39,216 bases of DNA from a virus (lineage: Duplodnaviria > Caudoviricetes), in IMG/VR virus record IMGVR_UViG_3300010376_000813, positions 1 to 39,216 of that record; one strand, 5' to 3'. Shown here piece by piece: positions 1-8,946 of this stretch; positions within the stretch are counted from its first letter, which is position 1, and each line of letters begins with the position of its first letter. Position numbers and translations under genes: made by a program. The notes under the pieces were generated by a model that worked only from the letters and a program-made list of their open reading frames with translations, made no database searches and was not told where the DNA came from.

Positions 1-138
1 CACGATCCTAAAGAATGGGCTAGAGCTGCTATTGAATGGGAGGGACAGCGTTATAGCTATAGTGTGCTTCCGAAAGAGTTCGAATGGAAAGCTGTGTGGC
101 CTAGATTTGTTTCATGGCTTCGAAAAGGAGTTCGATGA
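1..138 (+). CDS. Partial CDS (3' end), probably a GT-B/GT4-type glycosyltransferase C-terminus
   Basis: Frame 1 is open from the window edge (HDPKEWARAAIEWEGQRYSYSVLPKEFEWKAVWPRFVSWLRKGVR*). The F-x-W-x-x-V terminal helix resembles GT4 ends. TGA overlaps the next ATG (ATGA 135-138). Lies beside other glycosyltransferases. Confidence 0.5.
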   Translation, partial: HDPKEWARAAIEWEGQRYSYSVLPKEFEWKAVWPRFVSWLRKGVR

Positions 139-602
139 CTGCTTACGAATATCTTGTGAAATCTGTTCGGGAATGCAGTACTGATTCTTGCCTGATCTGG
201 CCTTACCAAACTGACCGTGATGGATATGGACGATTGCGCATGCCTATGGCCGTTGCTGGGAAGCGGGTAAAAGTGGCCGCACATCGGTTGGCCTATAAAA
301 TTGTGAATGGCAATTGGCCCAAGAATGAAGGAACGCATAGTTGTGACAATCCTTCGTGCTTCAATCCACGGCACATTAAAGATGAAACAAATGCGATGAA
401 CCAAGCTCAGAAGGCAGAACGCGGAAGGTCTTTGCGTGGATCTATGCAGCATGATGCGAAATTAACTGATGACCTTGTTAGACAGGCACGCGCTGAATAT
501 GTGCCAAGGCGCAATGGGTTTCATAAGCTCGCTAAAAAATATGGTGTATCCAAACATGCGATGCGGCTAGCTGTTTCAAAGCTGTCTTGGAGACATGTGT
601 GA
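135..602 (+). CDS. Free-standing HNH homing-type endonuclease with C-terminal HTH
   Basis: CLIW..DGYG..AHRLAY..HSCDNPSCFNPRH..N motif plus KLT...LAKKYGVS HTH tail. SD AAGGAG at 125-130 favours ATG 135 over 114. More AT-rich than the core genes. Confidence 0.9.
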   Translation: MTAYEYLVKSVRECSTDSCLIWPYQTDRDGYGRLRMPMAVAGKRVKVAAHRLAYKIVNGNWPKNEGTHSCDNPSCFNPRHIKDETNAMNQAQKAERGRSLRGSMQHDAKLTDDLVRQARAEYVPRRNGFHKLAKKYGVSKHAMRLAVSKLSWRHV

Positions 603-823
603 CCCCCACCGTCCTCAACCGCTTCTTCAACCGCTACGCCCTTACCCCCAGCGAGCGCCGCCTCGTGAAGCTGCTCCTCGACGGCATCACCCCGATCGAA
701 ATCTCCCACCTCCTCAACCACAGCCATCGCACGATCAAAACCCAGCTCTCGAGAATCTACAAGAAAACTTCCCAAAAAGGCGCTCTGAAGCTCGTCACCT
801 CGATCTACAAGGACACCCGATGA
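599..823 (+). CDS. Stand-alone LuxR/GerE-type HTH protein
   Basis: LTPSERRLVKLLLDGITPIEISHLLNHSHRTIKTQLSRIYKK matches the LuxR HTH pattern. GTG 599 overlaps the upstream TGA. Confidence 0.85.
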   Translation: MTPTVLNRFFNRYALTPSERRLVKLLLDGITPIEISHLLNHSHRTIKTQLSRIYKKTSQKGALKLVTSIYKDTR

Positions 824-1800
824 TCCTCTTCGGCGCAGGACGATTGGGTAGGCGAATCCTCGCCGAATGCCGCGCTCACGATATCCACGTCGAAGCCTTC
901 TCCGACAACAATCCCAAGCTCTGGTGGACGAAGATCGATGGTCTGACCGTCCATCCCCCCTCCGCCCTCCCCTCCCACCTGCGCGTAGTGACCATTACCA
1001 ATGGCGGCGAAGCGCGACGCCAACTCAAGGCAATGGGCCTCCGCGCCCAATCCTGCTCCGCCTTCATCCTCGCGCACGGCCTGAGCATGGAGGAATTCGG
1101 CTTCGCTCCTCCCTCCTTCTACAATTCCAATCTTTACTCAATCAAACATCTCTCCTCCCATCTCGCCGATGAGCTTTCCCGATTCCTCCTCCACGAGCAG
1201 ATCGAGTTCCGCATCGGCTCAATCTCTGAGACTTCTCCCCCATCCCCGATCAGCGAAATCTACTTCCCCCCTCTCCTTACTCCCCTGATCGGCGAAGTCT
1301 ATTTCGACTGCGGAGCCTACGACGGCGACACCATCCGCCAGTTCCAGCAATGGAATCCCCTCTACAAGCAAATCTATGCCTTCGAACCTGTTCAGCGAGT
1401 CTCCGCGACCATCGACGTGCAGATCCTCCCCTGTGGAGTCGGCAATCACCCCACTCGCGCAAACTTCACCCGCGAAGGCGCAGGCTCACACGCTGACGAT
1501 AATGGCTCCGTCACCGCCCCTATCATCCCCCTCGATTCTCTCGCCTTCGCCCACCCGACGCTGATCAAAATGGACATCGAGGGCGCCGAGCCCGAAGCGC
1601 TAGACGGCGCGAAGACGATAATCCGCGATCTCGCTCCGGCTCTCTCCATCTGCCTCTACCACCGCCCCGAGCACTTGTGGGAGATTCCGATCCAGATCGA
1701 ATCTCTCAATCCTTCTTATCGCCTCTTCATCCGCCGCTACGCCGAAGACGCATCTGAGCTAGTCTGTTATGCAATCCCCGAGGACCGCCTGAACCGATGA
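820..1800 (+). CDS. FkbM-family SAM methyltransferase with N-terminal Rossmann-like domain
   Basis: ILFGAGRLG N-terminus; YFDCGAYDGD, YAFEP, IKMDIEGAE and SICLYH motifs. ATG 820 overlaps the upstream stop (ATGA); the longer 595 start is rejected. Confidence 0.9.
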   Translation: MILFGAGRLGRRILAECRAHDIHVEAFSDNNPKLWWTKIDGLTVHPPSALPSHLRVVTITNGGEARRQLKAMGLRAQSCSAFILAHGLSMEEFGFAPPSFYNSNLYSIKHLSSHLADELSRFLLHEQIEFRIGSISETSPPSPISEIYFPPLLTPLIGEVYFDCGAYDGDTIRQFQQWNPLYKQIYAFEPVQRVSATIDVQILPCGVGNHPTRANFTREGAGSHADDNGSVTAPIIPLDSLAFAHPTLIKMDIEGAEPEALDGAKTIIRDLAPALSICLYHRPEHLWEIPIQIESLNPSYRLFIRRYAEDASELVCYAIPEDRLNR

Positions 1801-2363
1801 AATTCTCGATCATCACCCCCACGATCCTCCGCCCCTCCCTGCTCAAGTGCTCTGAGTCAATCGATCGTCAGACGCATCAGGATTGGGAACACATCATCAT
1901 CAGTGATCGCGGCTTCGAAGAAATCCTGATGGACATCGCCCATCCTCGCCGCAAAATCCTCGTCTGCGAACCCGAGCATCACAACTTCGGCAACACCTGC
2001 CGACACAACGGCTGGACTCACGCGACTGGCGATTACTGCCTCTACCTCGACGATGACAATTTTCTCTCGCACCCTCTCGCGCTCTCCTCAATCGACACTG
2101 TCCTCTCGCGCGATCAGCCGAAATGGGCTATCTTCCCCATTCTCCGCTTCGGCCACCCCTTCTTCTCCGATCCCCCCGGCCTCTGCCACACCGATTCCGC
2201 GAACATGACCATCCAGCGCGAAATCGCCCAATGGCCCAACCGCGACGAATACACCCTTGACGGGATATTCTGCGATTATCTCAAGGAGCATTATCCCTAT
2301 CTCGCCTATTCCCAAGTCCCCCCGATAGCCGTCGTTCCCGTTCAAGGAAAGGGAGAGAGATGA
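1797..2363 (+). CDS. GT2-family glycosyltransferase
   Basis: FSIITPT..SIDRQTHQDWEHIIISD..RHNGWTHATGDYCLYLDDD (DxD motif). ATGA-coupled. Confidence 0.9.
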   Translation: MKFSIITPTILRPSLLKCSESIDRQTHQDWEHIIISDRGFEEILMDIAHPRRKILVCEPEHHNFGNTCRHNGWTHATGDYCLYLDDDNFLSHPLALSSIDTVLSRDQPKWAIFPILRFGHPFFSDPPGLCHTDSANMTIQREIAQWPNRDEYTLDGIFCDYLKEHYPYLAYSQVPPIAVVPVQGKGER

Positions 2364-3061
2364 AAGACCTGATCGTTATCACCGCAGCGAGCGGCAATTA
2401 CGGCACCCTCCCCCTCTACCGCGACCAACTCTCTCGCGCTCAAATCGACTTTTATGTTGACGACATCTCCGGCAAATATATCCCCCCGCTCGGCGGCAAC
2501 TTCGCGATCAAGCTCGAATCGATGCGCAGACTCTCTCAACAATTCTCCACCTATCAGCGCATTGTCTTCACCGACGCCTTCGATGTGACGTTCTGGGGTA
2601 GCAGGGACGATCTTATTGCGAAGATTCCTCTCGATTACGTGTTGTGGGGCGCAGAAAAAAACTGCTACCCCAACCACCACCTCGCCGAAGTAATCCCCAA
2701 CTGGTGCCCCGCGCGCTTCGCCAACGGCGGCCTGCTCTGCGGCACTCCCCAATCCATGCTCGACTGGTGCGACCGCGCCGAATCCCACCCCCTCTTCCAC
2801 CCCAACATCCTCGACCAGCAATGGCTCAACCAGATGCTGGCGGAGAACTCTCCCCTCGTCACCTGCGACCACGTTTCCAAAATCTTCTTCTGTCTATTCG
2901 GCGGCTATCCTGAGCTTGAGTTCGAGCGCGGCCTTCCCGTCAACGCCCTCTACAACACTCACCCCCACTTCATCCACGCGAACGGCAAGTGGAGCGCCGA
3001 CGAGATGTGGCGGAGGTATGAGGAGAGCATCGCAGATCACGCCGCTGAGAGCTATCAATGA
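2360..3061 (+). CDS. Glycosyltransferase resembling the PLOD/LH3 GT domain
   Basis: Motif order IVFTDAFDV, AEKNCYP, FANGGLLCG, DQQW, DHVSKIF, HANG parallels the procollagen lysyl hydroxylase GT domain. Confidence 0.75.
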   Translation: MKDLIVITAASGNYGTLPLYRDQLSRAQIDFYVDDISGKYIPPLGGNFAIKLESMRRLSQQFSTYQRIVFTDAFDVTFWGSRDDLIAKIPLDYVLWGAEKNCYPNHHLAEVIPNWCPARFANGGLLCGTPQSMLDWCDRAESHPLFHPNILDQQWLNQMLAENSPLVTCDHVSKIFFCLFGGYPELEFERGLPVNALYNTHPHFIHANGKWSADEMWRRYEESIADHAAESYQ

Positions 3062-3732
3062 TCCACTCCCTGAACACAGACTACGAACGCGCAGAGCGCG
3101 ACACGCTGATCTCTCTCGCCAAGCCCGGTGACATACTCTACGATATCGGCGCTTATGTGGGATGGTACAGCGTGGAGTTTGCGAATAGAGTCCCTCACAG
3201 CCGAGTGTATGCGTTCGAGCCCATTCCCGAAATTCGCCGCGAATTCATCCGCAACACATCCCACCTGAACAACATCACCAGCTATCCAATGGGACTCTCA
3301 GACCATTCGGGCATTGAGAATTTCTATATATCCGAAAAAGAACCCGGCACCGCATCCCTCCAGCCTCTTGAGGAGGATAGATTCGGCCCCACATTCTCCA
3401 TCCCAGCCCCGGTGACCACAATCGACGAACTCCCGATCCCAGCGCCCAATATGATCAAGATCGATGTCGAGGGCGCGGAGCTGCTTGTGTTGAAAGGCGC
3501 GCGGGAAACTCTCGCCGCTCATCATCCCATTATCCTGTGCGAGATGCTCAGGAAGTGGATGAGGAGATTTGGACATCATCCGAACGACTTGATCGATTAT
3601 CTCTCCAGCTATGGCTACAAGTGCTACACCTTGAAGCTGGAGCCATTCGCGCGCATGTCCGACGACATCGAGGAGCGAAACTTCTTCTTTATCCATCCCG
3701 ACAGAGCGGAGAGCCTAAATGCGACTCTTTAA
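3058..3732 (+). CDS. FkbM-family SAM methyltransferase
   Basis: YDIGAYVGWYS, VYAFEP, IKIDVEGAELLVLKGA, ILCE motifs. Confidence 0.92.
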   Translation: MIHSLNTDYERAERDTLISLAKPGDILYDIGAYVGWYSVEFANRVPHSRVYAFEPIPEIRREFIRNTSHLNNITSYPMGLSDHSGIENFYISEKEPGTASLQPLEEDRFGPTFSIPAPVTTIDELPIPAPNMIKIDVEGAELLVLKGARETLAAHHPIILCEMLRKWMRRFGHHPNDLIDYLSSYGYKCYTLKLEPFARMSDDIEERNFFFIHPDRAESLNATL

Positions 3733-4393
3733 GCCCAAGCCCGACTTCCACGCCTACATCCCCTTCGTCAACCGGCCTGACATCACCAGCGCGTGCGTTG
3801 ACTCGATCTCCTCTCTCTGGCCCAACCTGACAATCCTCGACAACTCCCCCGAAGGCCTCGGCGGGAGATGTCCGTGCGCCGTCTACCGCCCTCCCGTCCC
3901 CCTCACCTTCAGCCAATCCCAGAACTTCTTCTTCAGCGACGCGAGAAAGAGGGGAGCGCGCTTCATGGTATGGCTCCACAACGACGTGATCGTGCCTGCT
4001 GGAGTCTTCCCTGAGCTGCTCGACTTCGCCCGATCGATGTTCACCCACAACCCTCGCTGGGGCGTCATCCACACCTACTACGACATTATCTCAGCCGTTA
4101 ACCTTGAAGCTGCAGAGAGCGTCAGTGGCTACGACATCAATATCCGCGCCTACAAGAGCGATCAGGACTTCTATCGGCGCCTCGACCTCTCTGGCTGGGA
4201 GCGCCTTGAGTCGCATATCAAGACCGAAGAGATCAAATCAGCCCACGTCGGCTCCCAGACTATTGCATCCGATCCCAAACTGCGCTATCTTAATGGCATT
4301 ATCCAAACTCTCGACGCCGCCTACTACATGAAGAAGTGGGGAGGGGACGCGGGGATGGAGAGGTTCTTTGAGCCGTTCAATGGAGAGTGCTAG
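3719..4393 (+). CDS. GT2-like (GT-A fold) glycosyltransferase
   Basis: IPFVNR..ILDNS..WLHNDV..SDQDFYRR..HVGSQT..YYMKKWGG pattern. Confidence 0.8.
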   Translation: MRLFKPKPDFHAYIPFVNRPDITSACVDSISSLWPNLTILDNSPEGLGGRCPCAVYRPPVPLTFSQSQNFFFSDARKRGARFMVWLHNDVIVPAGVFPELLDFARSMFTHNPRWGVIHTYYDIISAVNLEAAESVSGYDINIRAYKSDQDFYRRLDLSGWERLESHIKTEEIKSAHVGSQTIASDPKLRYLNGIIQTLDAAYYMKKWGGDAGMERFFEPFNGEC

Positions 4394-4629
4394 TGAATGT
4401 ATTGTACTGGTCTAAGAATGTGAATTTAGATGCATTTCCTGATACGAGCAGTGTCGGAATTCACGGTTTAGAGTTGAAGCTGATAGGCAACAACATTGCT
4501 CGATTTACGCGCGATGAGAGGCATTGCGATATTACGATTTATCAAATTGTTATCTTAGGAACTGATTGGGCAAATCGAAAGCTGCGAAGATTTCGCCGTT
4601 ATTGTAAACGAATGGAGCGCGAAGGATGA
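4387..4629 (+). CDS. Hypothetical protein (AT-rich insert)
   Basis: Fills the gap, overlapping the upstream stop and the downstream ATGA. No motif recognised; start uncertain (GTG 4387 or 4393). Confidence 0.5.
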   Translation: MLVNVLYWSKNVNLDAFPDTSSVGIHGLELKLIGNNIARFTRDERHCDITIYQIVILGTDWANRKLRRFRRYCKRMEREG

Positions 4630-4835
4630 CCCTCGGCGAATCAATCCGCTCAGCCAGACAGAATCTCGGCTTAACTCAGGCTGATCTCGCCCATCAATTC
4701 CGCGTAACCCGCTTCTACATCTCCCGCCTTGAGCGCGGACACAAGCAGCCCAAGAAATGTGAGCGCTATCGCCTCTGGGCCGAACTCAACAAACCTCATC
4801 AGGAGAATCACGATGCCAGAGAAGTCTTTGAATGA
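4626..4835 (+). CDS. XRE/Cro-like HTH protein
   Basis: LGESIRSARQNLGLTQADLA..ISRLERG is a typical HTH_3 pattern. Confidence 0.88.
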   Translation: MTLGESIRSARQNLGLTQADLAHQFRVTRFYISRLERGHKQPKKCERYRLWAELNKPHQENHDAREVFE

Positions 4836-5208
4836 GCCTCTCTGTGGCGAAGAGATAAAGGCGATCACTCTCGCCGAAATCGCCACCGCTCTCGAACGCG
4901 ACACCAATCTCTACGACGACATCCAATACGCCGGAATCCGCATCAAGCACGAGACCCGCATCTACCTGAAGCACTACGTCGGCGCGGAGCCGGTCGAGAC
5001 TCTCCTCTGGGGCGAGACGGTTAAGGGCGAGCCGGTCACCGAAGCGACTGCAGACGTGAGCACGACTGTCGCTCTCGACTACTCAACCACCCAACCCGAC
5101 GTGGCTCGCCAAGACCACGACCTCCCTATCCCCGTCGAAGCCCAAGGTCCAGCCGGACCCGAGCGCAGAATGGTGCGGATCGCGAAGAGAGGAGCGGCGC
5201 GGAGATGA
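4813..5208 (+). CDS. Hypothetical protein
   Basis: AGGAG at 4801-4805 precedes ATG 4813; genome-typical codon usage. Confidence 0.7.
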   Translation: MPEKSLNEPLCGEEIKAITLAEIATALERDTNLYDDIQYAGIRIKHETRIYLKHYVGAEPVETLLWGETVKGEPVTEATADVSTTVALDYSTTQPDVARQDHDLPIPVEAQGPAGPERRMVRIAKRGAARR

Positions 5209-5381
5209 CCAACGTCGAACTGAACGATCGCCAACAAAGATACGCTGAGGAAATGGAACGCGTAACGTCGATAGACAAGGGCAATATGTTCACATATGGC
5301 ATGATTGCAGTTGCGCTAATGGAGATTGCCCGCCGCCTTCCCGAGCCCCCTCAACCCCAACCCTCGGAGCCCGCTCAATGA
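5205..5381 (+). CDS. Small hypothetical protein (58 aa, not in ORF track)
   Basis: MTNVELNDRQQRYAEEMERV...PSEPAQ*. ATGA overlaps at both ends. Confidence 0.65.
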   Translation: MTNVELNDRQQRYAEEMERVTSIDKGNMFTYGMIAVALMEIARRLPEPPQPQPSEPAQ

Positions 5382-5650
5382 ACGACCATCTTGCCAACAA
5401 ACTAATTAACGCTATACTTGGCTTAACAACCGAGCTAAAGCGCTACAATGACCGACACTCTCCAGTCGCCGCTCCTGACCGCGCCCGAACCGAGTCCGAA
5501 TACTATCGGGCCGATTACGACCCCGGTTCCCGAGCCCGCCGCGAATCAACCGAAGCGCTCTCAGCTCTTTCCCCAGCGGGACTACCACAAACTGAACGGC
5601 GCGGACGAAGCGCGTCAGCGTCTCGGCCTGACCGCCGAGGAGATGGCTGA
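5378..5650 (+). CDS. Hypothetical protein
   Basis: ATGA-coupled start with GGAG upstream; helical N-terminus; overlaps the next ORF in another frame. Confidence 0.55.
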   Translation: MNDHLANKLINAILGLTTELKRYNDRHSPVAAPDRARTESEYYRADYDPGSRARRESTEALSALSPAGLPQTERRGRSASASRPDRRGDG

Positions 5651-6296
5651 TGTCCCAATCATCACCAATCGCGTAAAAAGAGCCCTCGGCTCTCCCCGCC
5701 GCGCAGTAGAAATCCTCTCTTCCGACCCCTCCCCCGACTCTCTCGCCTTCGTCCGCAAGTGGAACTCCCTCTCCCAGCGCGACTAGCGCTACGTCCGCCT
5801 CGAAGACGTAATCATCGCCTCTGGCCTGACCGTCCGCCGCTTCTGGGAGATCCTCGCCGGAGCCCTCATGGAGCAATCCGCGATCGACTCCAAAATCCTC
5901 GTCCTCGAACACCAGCCCGATGTCCTCAAGGCCACGATCAAAGCCGCGACCAAGGGGAAGACCATCACCACTTTCGACGCCGACGGCAACAAAACCGTCA
6001 TCGATGAGCAGCCCGACGTATTCGCCCAGCGCCTCTTCCACTCCATCACCGGCGCGATGCCGACGCCCAAGGGCCAGACCATCAACCTCATCCAGCAGAA
6101 CTCTCCCGCTCAGCCCAAAACCGTCAACGCCGAAGTCGAGCGCACTCCCCTCCAGTCAATGGACTCCTTCCTGATCGAAGTGAGCGAGATCGCCCGCTCC
6201 CGCGCTCTCCCCGCTCCGCGCGTCCCCGACATCCCGGTCGAGATGCCCTCAACCGTTCCCGACATCGAATATCTCCCTCTCTCTCTAGACGAATAA
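5448..6296 (+). CDS. Putative terminase small subunit, interrupted by an in-frame TAG at 5784-5786
   Basis: ORFs 5448-5786 and 5868-6296 share a frame, and the 27 codons between them (RYVRLEDVIIASGLTVRRFWEILAGAL) have normal codon usage. Lies directly upstream of TerL. The TerS call rests on position only. Confidence 0.55.
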
Positions 6297-6299
6297 CCC

Positions 6300-8450
6300 A
6301 TGTACTCCTTCGACAAAGTCGGCGAGAAGTGCGAACGTTTCAAACATCGTTACGGCTGGAGCCTCCAGCCCCATTCCGTCGAAGAAGTAGACGAGTTCAA
6401 CCGTAAGCTCAAAGCCCTTCAAGTCCTCGACAACAAGGATGGCTGGGTCATCCGCGATCAGGACATCTCCCCCGCCGCCCTCCGCTTCATCCAAAACGAG
6501 CGCGCCTTATGCGCCTTTTCCGCCGAATATTTCCTCACCCGCTACTTCTGGCTGACCGAAACCGACATCCAGCACTTCTCCTTCCGCTCCGGCCAGCGCG
6601 CCTTCTTCACTGTTCTCCAAGAACTTGAATCCGAAGGCGTCTCTCAGGACATCCAATGCCTTAAGGCGCGCAAACAAGGCATCTCCACCCTGGTCGAAGG
6701 CCTGATGACCCACGCCTCGCTGATGATTCCCGGTACGCGCTGCTCGATCGGCTCAGCGGACGACCAGAAAACCCAAGTCATGATGGCGATGATGTACGGG
6801 GCGCTGAACCACATTCCCTGGTGGCTGACCCCGACCCAAACCCGCGACCGGCGCTCTGGACGCGCCCTGCTCGAATTCCAGCACATCGGCTCGATGATCG
6901 TCGTTCAGCACGGCGCGATGCGAGGAGGGATTGGACAGGGCACGACACCAAACAAGATCCACTTATCTGAGGTCTCGCAATATACCAATCCCGTCGAGCA
7001 AATCGAAGAAGGCCTCTTCAAAGCCGTCCCCACCACTCCCGACACTCTAATGGTTCTCGAATCGACCGGCGAAGGAAACACCGGCTGGTGGGCCGAGCAA
7101 TGGCGCGAGAACAAAGAGAAATATTGGCAGGGCCGCGCACGAATGCTCCCCCTCTTCCTCCCATGGTTCATGACGCCCGAACTCTACCCGACCCCGAACT
7201 GGATTCAGAAATTCCCCTTCCCCGAAAGCTGGAAGCGCGGCGAGACGCGCGAAGTCCAGACCATGATCGACAAGTGCGAACTCTATGTCCGCTCTACCGA
7301 GATGCTCTCAAAAATCCTCGGCAAAAACTGGCGTCTCCCCGACGAGCAAGTCTGGTATTGGCAATTCCACTACGAAGACTCGAAATCGAGAAGGACTGAC
7401 AAATCCTGGCTCCGTCAAATGCCCTGCGACGACTTCGAAGCCCTCATCGGCGAGCACGATTCCGTCTACTCCCGCGAGACCATCGCTGAGATCAACACCA
7501 CTCGCGATCGCCCAACCCGCATCTACGGCATCCTCGGCGGCGGCATCAACGAGAAACACGATCCCTCGCCGATGGATGTCGATATGAGCGCCGAGCGCAT
7601 CCCTGTGCGCTGGACGATCCCCTCTACCAACACCAGCGTCGAGTGGATGCTGATGCCGCTCAAGGGCGAGCCCGAGTCCCAAAAGTTCGACCCTCACAAA
7701 AAGCTCATCGTCTACCTCCCTCCCCACTACGGCTCGGTCTACGCAATCTCGATCGACCCCGGGTCCGGCGTGGGCGGCGACCGCACCGTGATCACCGTGA
7801 CCAAGCGCGGCACCAAGGGCTTCCCCGACATCCAATGTGCCGAGTTCGCCTCCGACGACATCGACAATGTCGAGGTCTTCGCTTATGTCGCCTGCATCGC
7901 CGCCTACTACGGCCAGTTCTACGACGAAGGCGAGACGATCCTGATGGCGATCGAGCAGAAGCGCAAATACGGCGACTCCTGCTACCACGCCCTCAAGCTG
8001 CACGGCTTCAAGAACTGGTACAAGTTCCGGATGTTCGACAAGAAAACCCTCCGCCCCAAGCCCTCCGCCAACCCGCGCGAAGGCTGGTTCACGAACGAGT
8101 GGTCTAGGCCGATGCTTTTGAATGCGTTCAAATTCGCCGTGGACAACAAGTGGTACAAGGTCAACTCGAAGTGGCTTACCCAAGAACTCGAAGCGCATGA
8201 GCAGCGCACCACGGAAACCGGCAAAACCCGCGCCGACCACGCGCGCGGCAAGCACGACGATCGCATCTTCGCCGCCGCCATCGGCTACTTCATCCAGCAT
8301 GATCTCGATGTGCTGATGGAGCGCGAGCATACCCGCTGCCACACTCCCCGGCCTGAGGAAGAGTGGATCGTCAACACCGACCACTACCAGGGAATGGAAA
8401 TCCGCAACATCTCCATCGAAAAGTTTCAGGAGCTTTATGCAGAGCGCTAA
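6300..8450 (+). CDS. terL: Terminase large subunit
   Basis: Walker A LKARKQGIST, Walker B IHLSEV, coupling motif VLESTGEG, RNase H-like ISIDPGSGVGGD, and C-terminal HDDRIFA. Confidence 0.95.
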   Translation: MYSFDKVGEKCERFKHRYGWSLQPHSVEEVDEFNRKLKALQVLDNKDGWVIRDQDISPAALRFIQNERALCAFSAEYFLTRYFWLTETDIQHFSFRSGQRAFFTVLQELESEGVSQDIQCLKARKQGISTLVEGLMTHASLMIPGTRCSIGSADDQKTQVMMAMMYGALNHIPWWLTPTQTRDRRSGRALLEFQHIGSMIVVQHGAMRGGIGQGTTPNKIHLSEVSQYTNPVEQIEEGLFKAVPTTPDTLMVLESTGEGNTGWWAEQWRENKEKYWQGRARMLPLFLPWFMTPELYPTPNWIQKFPFPESWKRGETREVQTMIDKCELYVRSTEMLSKILGKNWRLPDEQVWYWQFHYEDSKSRRTDKSWLRQMPCDDFEALIGEHDSVYSRETIAEINTTRDRPTRIYGILGGGINEKHDPSPMDVDMSAERIPVRWTIPSTNTSVEWMLMPLKGEPESQKFDPHKKLIVYLPPHYGSVYAISIDPGSGVGGDRTVITVTKRGTKGFPDIQCAEFASDDIDNVEVFAYVACIAAYYGQFYDEGETILMAIEQKRKYGDSCYHALKLHGFKNWYKFRMFDKKTLRPKPSANPREGWFTNEWSRPMLLNAFKFAVDNKWYKVNSKWLTQELEAHEQRTTETGKTRADHARGKHDDRIFAAAIGYFIQHDLDVLMEREHTRCHTPRPEEEWIVNTDHYQGMEIRNISIEKFQELYAER

Positions 8451-8946
8451 GGGAGTCATCGGACAAAAGGAGCGCACCGTCTTCTGGCGCGAACACTACA
8501 CCGGCGAGCTGATGCTCGCTCCTGACACTCACCTGAAGCCCTTCATCGGCTGGGATCGGATCGAGTGCCAGACTGTCGCCGAAACCGAACATCTCTCGCG
8601 CCGAATGGCTAAGCAAGAATTCGAGAAATTCCGTTCCCTCAAAGTCGAGGAGCACCTCCGCTACAAAGCTCATCGCGATCGCATTCGCGACAATTGCACC
8701 CTTCGCTTGGCCAAGGGCTGCATCTCCGCCGCCGACGAATACGCCACCCGCATGACTATCCGCAATCTCGACGCCAAAGACGAAGCTCTTTACAAACTCC
8801 TCGCCAATGAGCCAGACTTATCCCGAGCATCCCTCGAAATCGAACGCTACGAGGCCGGTACGATCAAAGCCAAGACGCAAAAGCGCCGTGGACTCCAAGA
8901 TGACGAGATCAATCTCGCCAATTCCCTGATCGAAGGAGTTCGCTGA
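8437..8946 (+). CDS. Hypothetical protein between TerL and portal
   Basis: AGGAG SD, coupled overlaps, typical codon usage. Confidence 0.75.
   Translation: MQSAKGVIGQKERTVFWREHYTGELMLAPDTHLKPFIGWDRIECQTVAETEHLSRRMAKQEFEKFRSLKVEEHLRYKAHRDRIRDNCTLRLAKGCISAADEYATRMTIRNLDAKDEALYKLLANEPDLSRASLEIERYEAGTIKAKTQKRRGLQDDEINLANSLIEGVR

Noticed and set aside
595-819. 75-aa N-terminal extension of the first FkbM ORF
   Set aside because: It is an alternative frame of the LuxR gene; ATG 820 is coupled and begins the recognisable domain.
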